DNA of 64,000 bases, from positions 12,028,001 through 12,092,000 of the forward strand of contig NC_043008.1 of assembly GCF_006345805.1 (NCBI RefSeq), given 5' to 3'. Source of the stretch: Octopus sinensis (Eukaryota). The notes beneath the pieces were generated by a model that saw only the letters and a list, made by a program, of their open reading frames with translations, was not told the origin of the DNA and made no database searches. Of this stretch, positions 1-12,007 are shown in pieces (positions within the stretch are counted from its first letter, which is position 1; each line of letters opens with the position of its first letter). The translations under genes and the position numbers were made by a program.

Positions 1-204
1 TAGAGAGGAGAGAAACAAGGACAGACAAACGGATTAAGTCGATTATATCGACCCCAATGCGTAACTGGTACTTAATGAAACGACCCCTAAAGGATGAAAG
101 GCAAATTCGACCTTGGTGGAAGTTGAACTCAGAACGTAACGGCAGACGAAATACCGCCAAGCATTTCGCCCGGCGTGCTAACGTTTCTGCCAGCTCACCG
201 CCTT
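1..204 (-). mobile_element. SINE family B (tRNA-like head, GTCGACTTTGCCTTTCATCCTTTCGGGGTCGATAAA core), cut by window start
   Basis: Minus strand reads GGCGGTGAGCTGGCAGAAACGTTAGCACG...GAGTTCAACTTCC (A/B-box-like), then the core. It is homologous to about 10 other copies in the window. Confidence 0.85.
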
Positions 205-493
205 AGCAATTATCAATATTAATGCTATTATGATTTACAAAATTTCCTATGTCTTTGCTATAACACTAGATGCCTGTCAGTGTGGATGTCAGCGTAGAAT
301 TCGTTTTGGAGGTTGTAGAATCCTCCTGATAAACGACATCTGTTTATTTGATTTAATATAAAATTTGCTCTGTTACTTCCGGTGTGACTTTAATTTTTTG
401 TATGTTTCATGTGTAAAGTCTGTGTAAAGTGAGTTTATATTTTCTTTTGTTATCTAATACATTATATGTCGATGTTACATCTGTTATAATTCT

Positions 494-708
494 TAGGCGG
501 TGAGCTGGTAGACTGTTTAGCGCATCGGTTAAAACGCTTAGCGGTATATATTCCGGCTATACTTTCTGCCCTCAATTGTTGCAGAGGTCGATTTTGCCTT
601 TCAGTTTTTCGGTGTCAGTAAAATAAATACCAGTTGAACACTGAGGTCAATGTAATCGATTACTCTCCCCCCCCCGCAATTGCTGACCTTGTGGCAAAAT
701 TTTAAAAA
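494..708 (+). mobile_element. SINE family B, diverged, alternative 3' tail
   Basis: GGCGGTGAGCTGGTAGA head and GGTCGATTTTGCCTTTCAG core, then a CCCC...CCTTGTGGCAAAATTT tail unlike that of the 1-204 copy. Confidence 0.75.
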
Positions 709-2060
709 TGTAACAAACGCAGATATTAAAAAAAAAAGATTGACGTACACAAATATTAACAGAAACACATACAACACTTCTTCATATATAAATACGCAAA
801 TGCAAGGAATGAATTGAACACGGACTGACAAGGTAGCTTCTACAGAGTCGTTAGATCTCTTGGAAATAGTAGCTAAATGTCCTTGACATCCTAGCTTTCT
901 GTCTTAAAATTACACTAAATTTCACGATCCGAGTCACAGAAATTCTTGAGACACGGTATCTGAAGAACAAATCTTAAATGTTCAAAAACGATACAATGGT
1001 CAGAACTGAAGTCTTAAAACTGCTCGCTTCGAGCTGACCTGGAGGCTAAACAACAACAACAGCAACAACAACAACAACAACAACAACAACAAAAACAACA
1101 ACAGCAATAACAACAACATAGGAAACAATAGCTATATGCGTTCAGACACTTCACAGACACACGCACACAACACACACATTTTTGTACAGAGATAGAGAAA
1201 AATAAAATCTAAAATAAAATATAGAGAATTATACCATAAAAATAATACAAGACCGGGTAAGTGTGCCTAAAGGGCAGCATACGTTGTCAGCTTCGGGGAA
1301 TAAAACGATTAAAGCAAGCAGAAAAGCACACGAGCCTCGAGCGCTTCCGAACCTTTTCATAATTTCTCAAATCAATCACAACCTTCCGAGATGTTTAAAC
1401 GCCGTTTATCCGCCATGTTTTCAGCATACATCGAGGAAATATCATAAAACGTAGGAAAATAAGCTATTGTAGGTTTTGGCGACAGACTGGCCACGAAGAA
1501 GGATACAAATAAAATTGGTGGTTTCTTTCCTTCGTTTTATTCCCTTCTACGTCTTTCATTTCTTTCTTTTCTTTTTCTATTTTTTTGGGGGGGGGGTTTG
1601 TGTGATTTGTTTTTTTTAAATTTTTTATTTCATTTTCCTCTCCCCACTTTTTTTTTCCGATTCATTGTAGCTACTGTTCCGGTCTCGATCACTACTACTA
1701 CTACTGTACTATCACCGCCACCACCTCAATCACCACTGGCACTTATATCAGCAATAATACCATTTTCCTCTCTACGGTCCTCTCTACTTCCTTACAGACA
1801 CCGCCAACATTACCAACACCAACACCACCAACGCTACCACCACCACCACCATTTACGTCACTGCCAACAACATGACAACAAACCTCATAAAATCATCACT
1901 ACCATCTCCAAGAACACAATCCCCCGCTTTCGCTTTCCTTCATTTTCTCCTTGTTTCTGCTATCTCTCTATCTATCTATCTATCTGTCTGTCTGACTGTC
2001 TGTCTATCTATTTATCTATCTATCTAGCTAGCTAGCTCTTTCTCTCTCTGTCTGTCTGTT

Positions 2061-2110
<50 letters not shown>

Positions 2111-2312
2111 GCTTTCTCTCTCTCTCTATCTCTCAGTTTATCGCTCACTTTTCTTTCACACACACGCACGCACCCACCAACGTACGTATGCACATATTCA
2201 TGGACTCACGCGTCTCTTCCAGTAGTTATCTTCACGTTATTATAATTTCTTACTTCCTTCTCACCCTTAAAATTCTATCTTCCATCCTCACTCTCTCTCT
2301 CTCTCTCTCCCT

Positions 2313-2344
<32 letters not shown>

Positions 2345-2447
2345 CTGTGTTTACTTGTCTTGTTTTCCATACGTTTCTCCCTCGTTTGTTTACGTATTTC
2401 ATGTTATTTGCACCGGTGGTGATGTCCTGTAACGATATATATACTTT

Positions 2448-2823
2448 TTTACTCTTTTACTTGTTTCAGTCATTTGACTGCGGCCATGCTGGAGCACCGC
2501 CTTTAGTCGAGCAAATCGACCCCGGGACTTATTCTTCTGTAAGCCCAGTACTTATTCTATCGGTCTCTTTTGCCGAACCGCTAAGTGACGGGGACGTAAA
2601 CACACCAGCATCTTTTGTCAAGCAAACACAGACGCACAAACATATACACACACATACATATATATATACATATATACGACGGGCTTCTACCAAATCCACT
2701 CACAAGGCTTTGGTCGGCCCGAGGCTATAGTAGAAGACACTTGCCCAAGGTGCCACGCAGTGGGACTGAACCCGCAACCATGTGATTGGTAAGCAAGCTA
2801 CTTACCACACAGCCACTCCTGCG
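2448..2823 (-). mobile_element. SINE family A (tRNA-like head, central domain, internal microsatellite, AGTAAAAG tail)
   Basis: Minus strand reads GCAGGAGTGGCTGTGTGGTAAGTAGCTTGC...GGTTCAGTCCC...GGCGGTGCTCCAGCATGGCCGCAGTCAAATGACTGAAACAAGTAAAAGAGT. More than 15 copies or fragments occur in the window. Confidence 0.9.
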
Positions 2824-2852
2824 ACTATATATATTATTAATTATTTAACATA

Positions 2853-2895
<43 letters not shown>

Positions 2896-2936
2896 TACAT
2901 ATAAACAGAAAGCTATGCGTGTAGCTCTGTGTGTGC

Positions 2937-2970
<34 letters not shown>

Positions 2971-3639
2971 GTGTGTGTGTGTGTAATTGCTTGTATACGT
3001 ACACACATAGGCACTCACAAACCCACATCCTCTCCCTATCATCAGCCAGTGAGCCAGTATTTGAGACAAATATTTCCTATCATTATTTGTTTCTCATTTT
3101 ACACTAATCGCATCAACTTATCTCGTTTGGAGCATTTCTCTCGTGATTATTAACTTCTTTCCAAATTTACGTATGAGCAGAACTATGCATCTATATATGT
3201 ATGTATATGTTATTATATATATAGGTATATGCCAGTGTAAGTGTGTGTGAGTGTGTGTGTGTGTGTGTGTATCTTATATAAAATCCGTTCTGTTTGGCTG
3301 TCTGTGTGTGTGTCTTCTAGAATCTCGGGCTTCATCCATCCGATTGCGCTTAAATTTGATATGTAGTTACCGATGGTATCAGGGCGTGTATAAGTCTTGA
3401 AAAAATTACGAAAATCGAGCAAAACGCCCTCCATCCAATGGACGATGCTGAGTTGTCAAACATTTAAACCAAATTTTCTCAAAACAACTTGTCCGACCGT
3501 CCCATAGCCCCGCCCCCTTCGAGAAACACTGATTTAAACTAAATTTGAGACAGCAGCAAGAGAAGAAATAAAGATAGACTTTTACTATTCGAAAGAAAAA
3601 CGATTTCCCACGGCTTTACTTGGCGGCATTTCGCGACCC

Positions 3640-3800
3640 CCCCCCCTGTACTTTTTATGTTCAAAATCTGTTCAGATTGACGTTGGTTTCCATCCCTTTC
3701 GGGGTCAATTAAATGAGAACCGGTGGAACAGTGGGCTTGATATAATCCGCATATCCCCATCCTCCAACTTGCTGGCTTTGAGCCAAAATTTGAAGCCAAT
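3640..3800 (+). mobile_element. SINE family B, degenerate
   Basis: GTTCAAAATCTG...TTTCCATCCCTTTCGGGGTCAATTAAATGAG core and CCAAAATTTGAAGCC tail. Confidence 0.6.
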
Positions 3801-4329
3801 ACGTATTTCTTATATAATCTGCATATGCACATACATGTGTGATTGTGTGTTTCCATAGATGCGTATAAATATAAACGTACACAGGTATACATGAATATTC
3901 ATACATATTTATGTATATTTGAGACTGTGCACGCACGAGCGTGTGTATTATTTTACATACATATACATACATAACCATGCGCATACATATTCATACACAT
4001 ATACATACAATACATACATATACATAGATAGCCATACACATAATAATCAAACACCTACACACATATACAAGCATAACCATACATATAAATACATAACCAT
4101 ACGGATATATATATATATGAGTGTATATAATGTCTTATGCTCAAAATATTTGACAAAAACTCGTAAAGAAAACTTCAGATTCCTTTAAATTACGAAGATG
4201 GATATATGACCTCTTGCCTACAATTACAAATACTACATAATGGTTTGATAAAATGGTAGAATATATTCATGGTGAGGTCACTTGAAACAATGCCAAATAT
4301 ACAACTATCAAGAAATATTAGCAAAACCA

Positions 4330-4675
4330 GAATAAGATTTAGTTAAATCCTGTGTATGGTCAATTTGTTTGAATGTAGTTGAAAGAGGTACATAAAAAAA
4401 GACTCTGCGATAAGATGTGTTTGAGATGGGAGCATAGACAAGATTTTTGAGAATATCATGATGAGAAAATGAACACAGATAAAGTAATAGCAATCGCAAA
4501 AAATGAAAGAAACTAAGAATTCTATGAAAAAAATTATCAGACATCAAAGAGAGAAACTAAAATATTTTGGACATTTAATTAGAAAAAAAACTGTTTAACT
4601 GAAACAGTCAACAGTAAAGAGAATTTACGGAAGGAAGGAAGGTGAAAACCAGGAATGGCGTGGTTGAATAATATT
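4330..4675 (+). pseudogene. RTE-clade LINE reverse transcriptase C-terminal remnant
   Basis: Broken translation gives FEMGA*TRFLRIS* and KLKYFGHLIR, matching the FEMWxxRRxLRISW / LKYFGHxxR motifs of the RTE RT C-terminus. Confidence 0.7.
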
Positions 4676-5105
4676 GGTTTCGAATTTTGGCACAAGGCCA
4701 GTAATTTCGGGAAAGGAGTAAGTCGATTATATCAACCCCGGTGTTAAACTGGTACTTATTTTATCGACCCCGAAAGGATGAAAAGCAAAGTCGACCTCGG
4801 TGGAATTTGAACTCGGGACTTAGAGCCGGATGCAATGGCGCTAAGCATTTTTCCCAGTGTGTTAATGATTCTGCCAGCTCTCCACATTAACTGTTGTAAT
4901 TATTAGCTTGAAATTTTGGTACAAAGCCAGCAAATTTGTGGTGGAGGGGAACGTTGTTTACACCGACCCCAGTGTTCAACTGTTACTTATTTTATCAACC
5001 CAGAGAAAGGACGAAAGGCAAAAACGATCTCGACGGAATTTGAACTCAGAACGTAAACACGGACGAAATTCCGCTAAGCATATTGTCCGGCATGTTCTTG
5101 GGCAA
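4676..5105 (-). mobile_element. Two adjacent SINE family B copies (about 4676-4888 and 4905-5105)
   Basis: Each has the GACCCCGAAAGGATGAAA..AAAGTCGACCTCGG..GAATTTGAACTC core on the plus strand. Confidence 0.75.
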
Positions 5106-5325
5106 CGCATTTTAATTCATGTTGCTCCAGTTCACTCAACTGGCAAAAATGGATTGTACCTGTATTTCAAGGTATCAGCCTTCTTTTCCGAAGCTGCATC
5201 TCTCTGAAACTCACCTTCTGCTAAGCCATTCCTGCAAACATTGACCGACATAAATTGAAATTGAACATCAGCCACATTACATTATTTACATTTGACGGAT
5301 ATTTGTGATCATCTTGTTTGTTGTT

Positions 5326-5371
5326 AACACAACGTTTCGGCTGATATACCTTCCAGCCTTCATCAGGTGTC
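5326..5371 (-). ncRNA. Minimal type I hammerhead ribozyme motif (family D, intact core)
   Basis: Minus strand: GACAC-CTGATGA-A-GGCTG(gaaggtatat)CAGCC-GAAA-CG-TT-GTGTT. Stem I is GACAC/GTGTT, stem II has 5 bp, stem III is the palindrome ACGT, and the predicted cleavage triplet is GUU. Confidence 0.75.
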
Positions 5372-5428
5372 TTCGGGATGTTTCGAACCTGGGTTCTCAT
5401 CTTAAGGTACTTTTCGATGCTGTTGCTG

Positions 5429-5463
<35 letters not shown>

Positions 5464-5479
5464 GTTATTATTATTATTA

Positions 5480-5569
<90 letters not shown>

Positions 5570-5697
5570 TCCCTGCTTGGAATCGAACTAGAAATCTTGG
5601 GGTCAGTAGCCCGCGCTCTTAACCACTATGCCATATACCCGTGGATAAGAGCGTGGGCTACTAACCCCAAGATTCCGAATTCGTCTCCAAGCAGTGA

Positions 5698-5756
<59 letters not shown>

Positions 5757-5806
5757 TCACCTAAAAATACCTTAGGAATGAGAACCCAGGTTCGAAACTT
5801 CCCCAA

Positions 5807-5852
5807 GACACCTGATGAATGCTGGAGTGTATATCTGTGGAAACGTTGTGTT
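5807..5852 (+). ncRNA. Hammerhead motif (family D), stem II degraded
   Basis: GACAC-CTGATGA-ATGCTG...CTGTG-GAAACGTT-GTGTT. The core is intact but stem II is mismatched. Confidence 0.5.
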
Positions 5853-8291
5853 AACAACAACCAAGATGAGGACAAATATCCATGAAATGTAAATAACGTA
5901 AATAATGTACATAATTCCTCATCTCTTATATATAGAACTATATCAGCCACATTAATCTCTCTGTATAGGAACCTCTTGCAAATTTGAAAAGCACTGTTAT
6001 TTTTTTATCATTTTTGCTGAACCAAAGTTTGAATTGTTAAACACGAATTCATTTGTGGTTCAGTTTTGAAAGTGATATTTAGGCTAGGTCTGTAAGTACT
6101 CGATAATAACAATAAACGTTCGGTGCGTTCAATTAGTGAAACTAAATTTCAATATACTTTGTAACTCCTGACGAATCGGCAGCAATTATGATGAGAAAGA
6201 ACTGTGAAATACTTTTAGAAATACTTGCAGCTTCCAAACACTTTATAATCTATCGTTTCTTCTTTTCCTTCCCAGTAACTAGCTTCAAATCAGAAAATAT
6301 AAAATATGGCAAGACAAGCTGATCTTTATTTTTGCCACGACAGAGCAATAAATATTTTGGACAGTAAATCTTGCAAAAAGCGTAAATTGAAGAGCGTTTA
6401 GCAAAAACAATATTTTAACCTGTATTCTTTAATCGTTTGTTAGTATTTTCCTGATTAATGCTCTTTGAAATGCTGCAAGGAATTTCTTCGTAGAAAATGT
6501 CTAAATAAATGAATATATGATCAAATAAAATGATTTAATTATTTCTCCCAGAATCAAAAATGCCTGAATATGAAAATTAAAAAATAGTTGTAAAATAAAA
6601 GACATGCGATTAACATTTTAATAAATTAACAGTTTAGCAACAATTTAGAAAATGTTAGCCTTGCACCATTTTTCTTTTTTTTTTTTGGAGTGAATGAAGA
6701 TAAATTTTCATACTCCAATTTATCACTGCTTCTCGAACATTAAAAATATTAACGTAAAAGAAAAGATAATGAAAATAATTAAGTGGTGTCCTCGCTGATA
6801 CCGTATAGAAAAATATCAGACGTTAATGTCTGTTATTTATTATAAATTCCTTCTGCAATGCGCTTTTAAAATTGACGGTTAACGCAGCCAAAGAAAGTAT
6901 TTAATTTCAAAGGATGAAGATATATAGAGACTATAAAACATATTCTTTATAGACATCTATAATTTTCATTAGAGATATCTAGAATGTGATCTTGAAACAT
7001 TACAAGAATCATGTGATTTGTATCATTACGTATGAAACTAAAACCTCAGAAGTAAGTGCTACATATACCGCTACGCCTTAGTGCAAGTGAAAGCTGGAGT
7101 GAAGACCAAGTATCTCTTGGGAAATTATACACGCGTGATGATCAGGTGTAAAACGACTATCAATCATAATTTATGAAAATAGCTGAGCAGTTACTGTAAT
7201 CTGCTATGAAGGGAAAATAATCTAAGAAGTTGAATTCAATTACATGAATTTCGGATAGTAACTGACTACCATTAGATTTCGATACCACCTTTTAGTATAA
7301 TGTTGTTAAAATGTTATGTGTGGAAAATGACAGTGATAATGGCACACAATCAGACGAAGAAACACGCGGGGATACAACTGTGATGATGTATTCAAAACGA
7401 AAGAAATGGCAATTTTCTAGTTTGAAAGTTTGAAAATTCTTACAAGAAAATTAAATTTGTGTGCTAGAATTATGCAATTAGTAGGAAAATTAGAAATTCC
7501 AAAGAAAGGTATTCTTAGTACGACTACGGTAAGGCAATAATTAGTTTAATAAAATTCGCCATGTGGAATCACAGAACGTCTGTCTTAAAGAGAACTAATA
7601 ATACCTTCGGTCGTGCTCTTCTGTAAAGACACAATGCGAAGATGGATCATTGATCGACTGGAAGTTGGAAGGTCGTGACTAGGGAGAGTTACAGAAATCC
7701 TGGTGATTCTTTAGGCAGAAAAAAAAGTTTGAAAGCAAGGTAGAAAAGAGATACATACATAAATACCTACATACATACTTACAACAGGGCGCCATTAACA
7801 TCAAAGATGCAAGCGTTTGAAATGACTTTTTGAATGTTTTCTTCAACAATTATGCCGAGTCTAAATCATTGCCTGATTTATTTTTTCTGTAAAAAATCAG
7901 TCGAAAAACCATTTAATTTCACAACGAAGCATAATTCATACCTGATTACAAAATATATCATGCATCACTTGGAATCTCCTACGTACGATTATGGTTAAAA
8001 TGGATAAATTTAACACCAACGCAAACCGTGCTACAAAACTTGCAAGTTATATACGACATTGTAAGTATGCAAAATTTTCTCGAGTTCAAGATATGACAAT
8101 CTTTTTACTTACATTTCAAGAACGGAGCTTTGTGTCTTTTTAAAAGCCAGGAGCTTTTCTGCTCGTCTCTGTATTCAGTATATGTTCGTTTGCATATTTA
8201 TCACACGGTCTTTTTTTAATCATATATTTATATATATATATTGGTATGTCAAATTTTTTATTTGATCCTGAAAATATGTACATATATATAT

Positions 8292-8440
8292 ATCTCCTTG
8301 TTTTTTTCTGTGTATCTTTCTGTCGAAGAGCGTAGGCTCGAAACGTAAAAGACTTTTTCTATTCCTGAGCGCTATACTAATACATTTGTTTGTTTGTACT
8401 CCACCTGCCTTCGTCTATTGTTTATTTTCGTAAACTTTCC

Positions 8441-8445
<5 letters not shown>
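8292..8445 (+). mobile_element. Family E hammerhead-bearing non-autonomous element between (TA)n tracts
   Basis: TCTTT-CTGTCGA-A-GAGC(gtag)GCTC-GAAAC-GTA-AAAGA at 8315-8352, then TTCCTGAGCG and a T-rich tail ending in (TA)n. It is homologous to 53262-53432 and 53487-53630. Confidence 0.75.
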
Positions 8446-8474
<29 letters not shown>

Positions 8475-8478
<4 letters not shown>

Positions 8479-8851
8479 GTGGCTGTGTGGTAAGAAGCTT
8501 GCTTTGTGACCACATGGTTCTGGCTTCAGTCCCACTACGTGGTGGTACGTTGGGCAATTGCCATTTACTATAGCCGACCAAAGCCTTGTGACTGGATTTA
8601 GTTGAGGGAAACTGAAAGAAGCCCTCGTATGATGTGTTACAATGTATGTATCTGAGCTGTTGTGTTTGTTCTCCCAATATTTCTTGATAACCGATGCTTG
8701 TGTGTTTATGTCGCGTAACTTAGCGGTCTAGCAAACGAGACCTATAGAATAAGTACTAGGCTGACAAAGAATAAGTCCTGGGGTCGATTTGTTCGACGAA
8801 AGGCGGTGCTCCAGCATGGCCGCAGTCAAATGACTGAAACAAGTAAAAGAA
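8475..8851 (+). mobile_element. SINE family A, full length
   Basis: Head AGAAGTGGCTGTGTGGTAAG through tail AAATGACTGAAACAAGTAAAAGA. Confidence 0.9.
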
Positions 8852-8852
8852 G

Positions 8853-8978
8853 TCTAGCAAATCCACTCACAATGCTTTGGTCGACCCGAGGCTATAGAAG
8901 CGTAAGGTGACACGCAGCAGGACTGAATCCGGAACCATGTGGTTGGGAAGCAAGCTTCTTACCACACAGCCACTTCTG
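8853..8978 (-). mobile_element. SINE family A, 5' portion, inverted against the previous copy
   Basis: Reverse complement of the head and central domain (CAAATCCACTCACAA...CTTACCACACAGCCACTTCTGC). Confidence 0.8.
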
Positions 8979-9681
8979 CTGTATAAGCAATAGACAGAGT
9001 ATAAGAGAGATGAGAGTAGAGAGAGAGAGAGTGAGAGAGAGAGAGAGACAAGTAGAGAGATGTCATTCTGTACCGAGCAGTGGAAGTATTCAATAAATTC
9101 GTTGGTGTCAACGTGACTGAGTAAATGTCTTTCATTTTCCCCTAATTTTATCTTCAGTGTTAAACCACCTGGACTTGTTTCAACAATTCCCTAAAGCAAG
9201 CACTACTTTCACAGCGTACACTACAGCATCCAGTGCACTTTACATCAAATAAAATTATTGTGATGTATCTATTGTGAACTAAAACCTCCTCTCCTTGCAG
9301 CAAAGTTTCGCGATATTCGTATCAGTTGGTTGTTGCTCCAATATAATTTCCATGTTATCAATTAATTTTTCGCTGAGCATAAATTTTTAATTTATGACGA
9401 TAATTTGTGAAAGTGATTAGTAGTGGGATTGCTTTGAGCATAATCTTTGCAACACACCATACTAAATAGATAACATTACTGATTTTTACCGCTTTCTCTC
9501 TTTCTCTTTAACTCACTCTGTCTGTGTGTGCGTTCGTCATTCTCTCTTCTCCTCTTCCTTCCCCTTCTCCTCTTCATCTTCCTCCTCCTCTCACCTCCTT
9601 ACTCTCTCTTTCACTACTTTCCTTATATGTCTATGCTGCAAAGTGAATACTGCGGATGTGTTTAGATGTTCTTTGTTTTCA

Positions 9682-9915
9682 TCTTTTACTTGTTTCGATG
9701 ATTAGAATGCGGCTATGCTGGAGCACCAACTCGCAGAATTTTTATCGAACGAGTCAACCCCATAACTAATTATTTTTTTCAAAGCCTGCTACTTACTTTA
9801 TCGGTCACATTTGCCAAAATCTTAAGTTACGGGGACGCAAATGCATCAACACTGGTTGTCAAGCAGTGGTGGGGGACGAAGGACAGATACATAGAGACAA
9901 ACGCATATATATACA
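9682..9915 (-). mobile_element. SINE family A, 3' half, diverged
   Basis: TCTTTTACTTGTTTC...GCGGCTATGCTGGAGCACC...AACACTGGTTGTCAAGC. Confidence 0.7.
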
Positions 9916-10515
9916 TATGCAAGCATATCATTTTTGTTTTTTCTTTTACTTATTTCAGTCATTTGACAACGGCCAGGCTGTATATATATTATTATATACA
10001 AAATAATGTAAGAGCACAGCTGATGCAATAGAACCTGTTACTGACTTACGAAAACATTTAGTATACCTTAGAGTACATTGTGCTTGCAGAACAAAGTACA
10101 ACGTACTTAGAATTCTTTAACGTCTACATACCAGCCCAAGGAATGCGATTAATAAGTAACTTGGTATATCCAATGAATTAACACTACTGTATGCAGTGGC
10201 TATATCAGCAATGTATTCGGGGGCAATAGTAGGTTAAATGAGTACTGAAGAAAGGGCAACATCACTCGAAATATGGATATACATGTGTAGGTGAAACGAC
10301 TGAAACTTTCCACGTGCCGTCTTTATGAATTGATTTGTTTATTTATTGATGTATTTCTTTAGTCATATGATTTTTAGAGCGCAAAAAATAGATTTTGCTG
10401 TAAAGATAATTAGCTGCAATTTTATATGAACTTTGTTTATATCGTCTGAGCTGCTACAGCCAGATGTCTGGCTGAAACGCATAGAGAGGACTGGGCTTTA
10501 TTTCTGTGTCCATTA

Positions 10516-11400
10516 GTGGTGGTGGTGATGTTGTTGTTGTTGTTGTGGTGGTGGTGGTGGTGGTGGTGGTGGTGGTGGTGGTGGTGAGTGGTGGTGGTGG
10601 TGGTGAGTGGTGGTGGTGGTGGTGAGTGGTGGTGGTGGTGGTGAGTGGTGGTGGTGGTGGTGAGTGGTGGTGGTGGTGGTGAGTGGTGGTGGTGGTGGTG
10701 GTGGTGGTGGTGGTGGAGGTGGTGGTGGTGGAGGTGGTGGTGGTGGTGGTGGTGAGGTGGTGATGGTGGTGGTGGTGGATGGTGGGTGGTGGTGGTGGAG
10801 GTGGTGGTGGTGGAGGTGGTGGTGGTGGTGGTGGTGGTGGTGGAGGTGGTGATGGTGGTGGGTGCTGATGGTGGTAGTGGTGGTGGTGGTAGTGGTGGTG
10901 GTGATTTTGGTAGTGTTAGGTCGGAGTTTGTGTTGTGGTGGTATTTGTTGTGGAGATTGTGGTAATTGTGGTGGTGGTTGTGGTGTTGATGTTCAGGTTT
11001 ATGTTATTGATGGTGGTGGTAGTGCTCCTGGGGATGTTGCTGACGATGTTGATATACTTGGTAACGACGATAGTATAATTGTGGTGATGATGATGATGGT
11101 GATGGTGATGGGGAGGCGGTGATGATGGTGTCGACAACGATGACGGCGACTACGCTGCTGACGATGATGATGATGATAATGATGGTCATGGTGGTTGTGG
11201 CGACGGGGGGGATGATGGTGCGGTAGTGGGGCTGATGGTCGTGATGATGTTAGTGGTGATAAGGATGGTGTTGGTGTTGGCAATAATGATAGCCGTGGTG
11301 ATGGTAATGATGATGATGATAATAATAATACTGTTATCGTTGCTGATGGTGATGATGATGATGACGACGACGACGATGATGATAGTGAAGTTACTATGAC
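10516..11400. repeat. Compound trinucleotide tract (GGT)n grading into (GAT)n
   Basis: Directly visible. It explains the poly-G/V/H/T ORFs at 10664-11409. Confidence 0.95.
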
Positions 11401-12007
11401 AACAGACATCAGTTATTAAGCGATAAACTATCGCCCTAATGATCAAAATAAGTTTATCAAGGGTGTATGCTGATATTTTGGTAAAGGCTTCACCTTTCAG
11501 GAATTTTCCTCGTGGAATCATTGTAAACGCCTTTAATGAAAGGGAGCGGTGTAGGGAGAGAGATGGGAGCGAAATCGGAAATACCAAGCAAAACACCCCT
11601 TGACTGTTATTAGCGAAATTGTTAATATACCATTTAACATTTAAAGCGTTTATTATGTTAATATAATTAGAGAAAAGGACACGACTAAGTACACAAGCGA
11701 TGGAAAACAATGTTTGATATTTGGATCCTACCGTGACCACCCGGTGCTGTTGTTAAACAACAATATGTAAAACGGTGGTGCTCCAGCGTGACCGCAACCG
11801 CATATCTAAAAACGGATAAAAGAATAAAGGAATATTGTTTGTGCCTGTCTTTTCTCTTTAAGATCAGAATTCAATAGATTTGGGTGTGTATGAAGAATTA
11901 CGCTTTCAGAAAATCTACAACTTTCAGCTTTCATTTTCCGGCATACATTCTTTGTTTGGTTTTTCACTGTCTTTTATAGATTCATGTCAGGCTCTGCGTT
12001 TAGAATG

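Larger units (their letters stand above)
5280..5941. mobile_element. Family D palindromic element: two inverted arms (tRNA-like head, (AAT)n, hammerhead tail) plus a 3' extension, 13-bp TSD
   Basis: Left arm 5280-5640 (-) and right arm 5641-5941 (+) are reverse complements. TSD ATCAGCCACATTA lies at 5267-5279 and 5942-5954. Confidence 0.9.

Noticed and set aside
10445-10485. CTGA...CAGCCAGA/TCTGGCTG-AAACGCA hammerhead-like hairpin
   Set aside because: The CUGANGA core is not matched and there is no stem I.
10664-11409. Poly-Gly/Val/His/Thr ORFs
   Set aside because: They are translations of triplet microsatellite, with no splice or domain support.
11186-11740. 184-aa minus-strand ORF
   Set aside because: It starts in a SINE A tail fragment and ends in microsatellite, with no recognisable domain.
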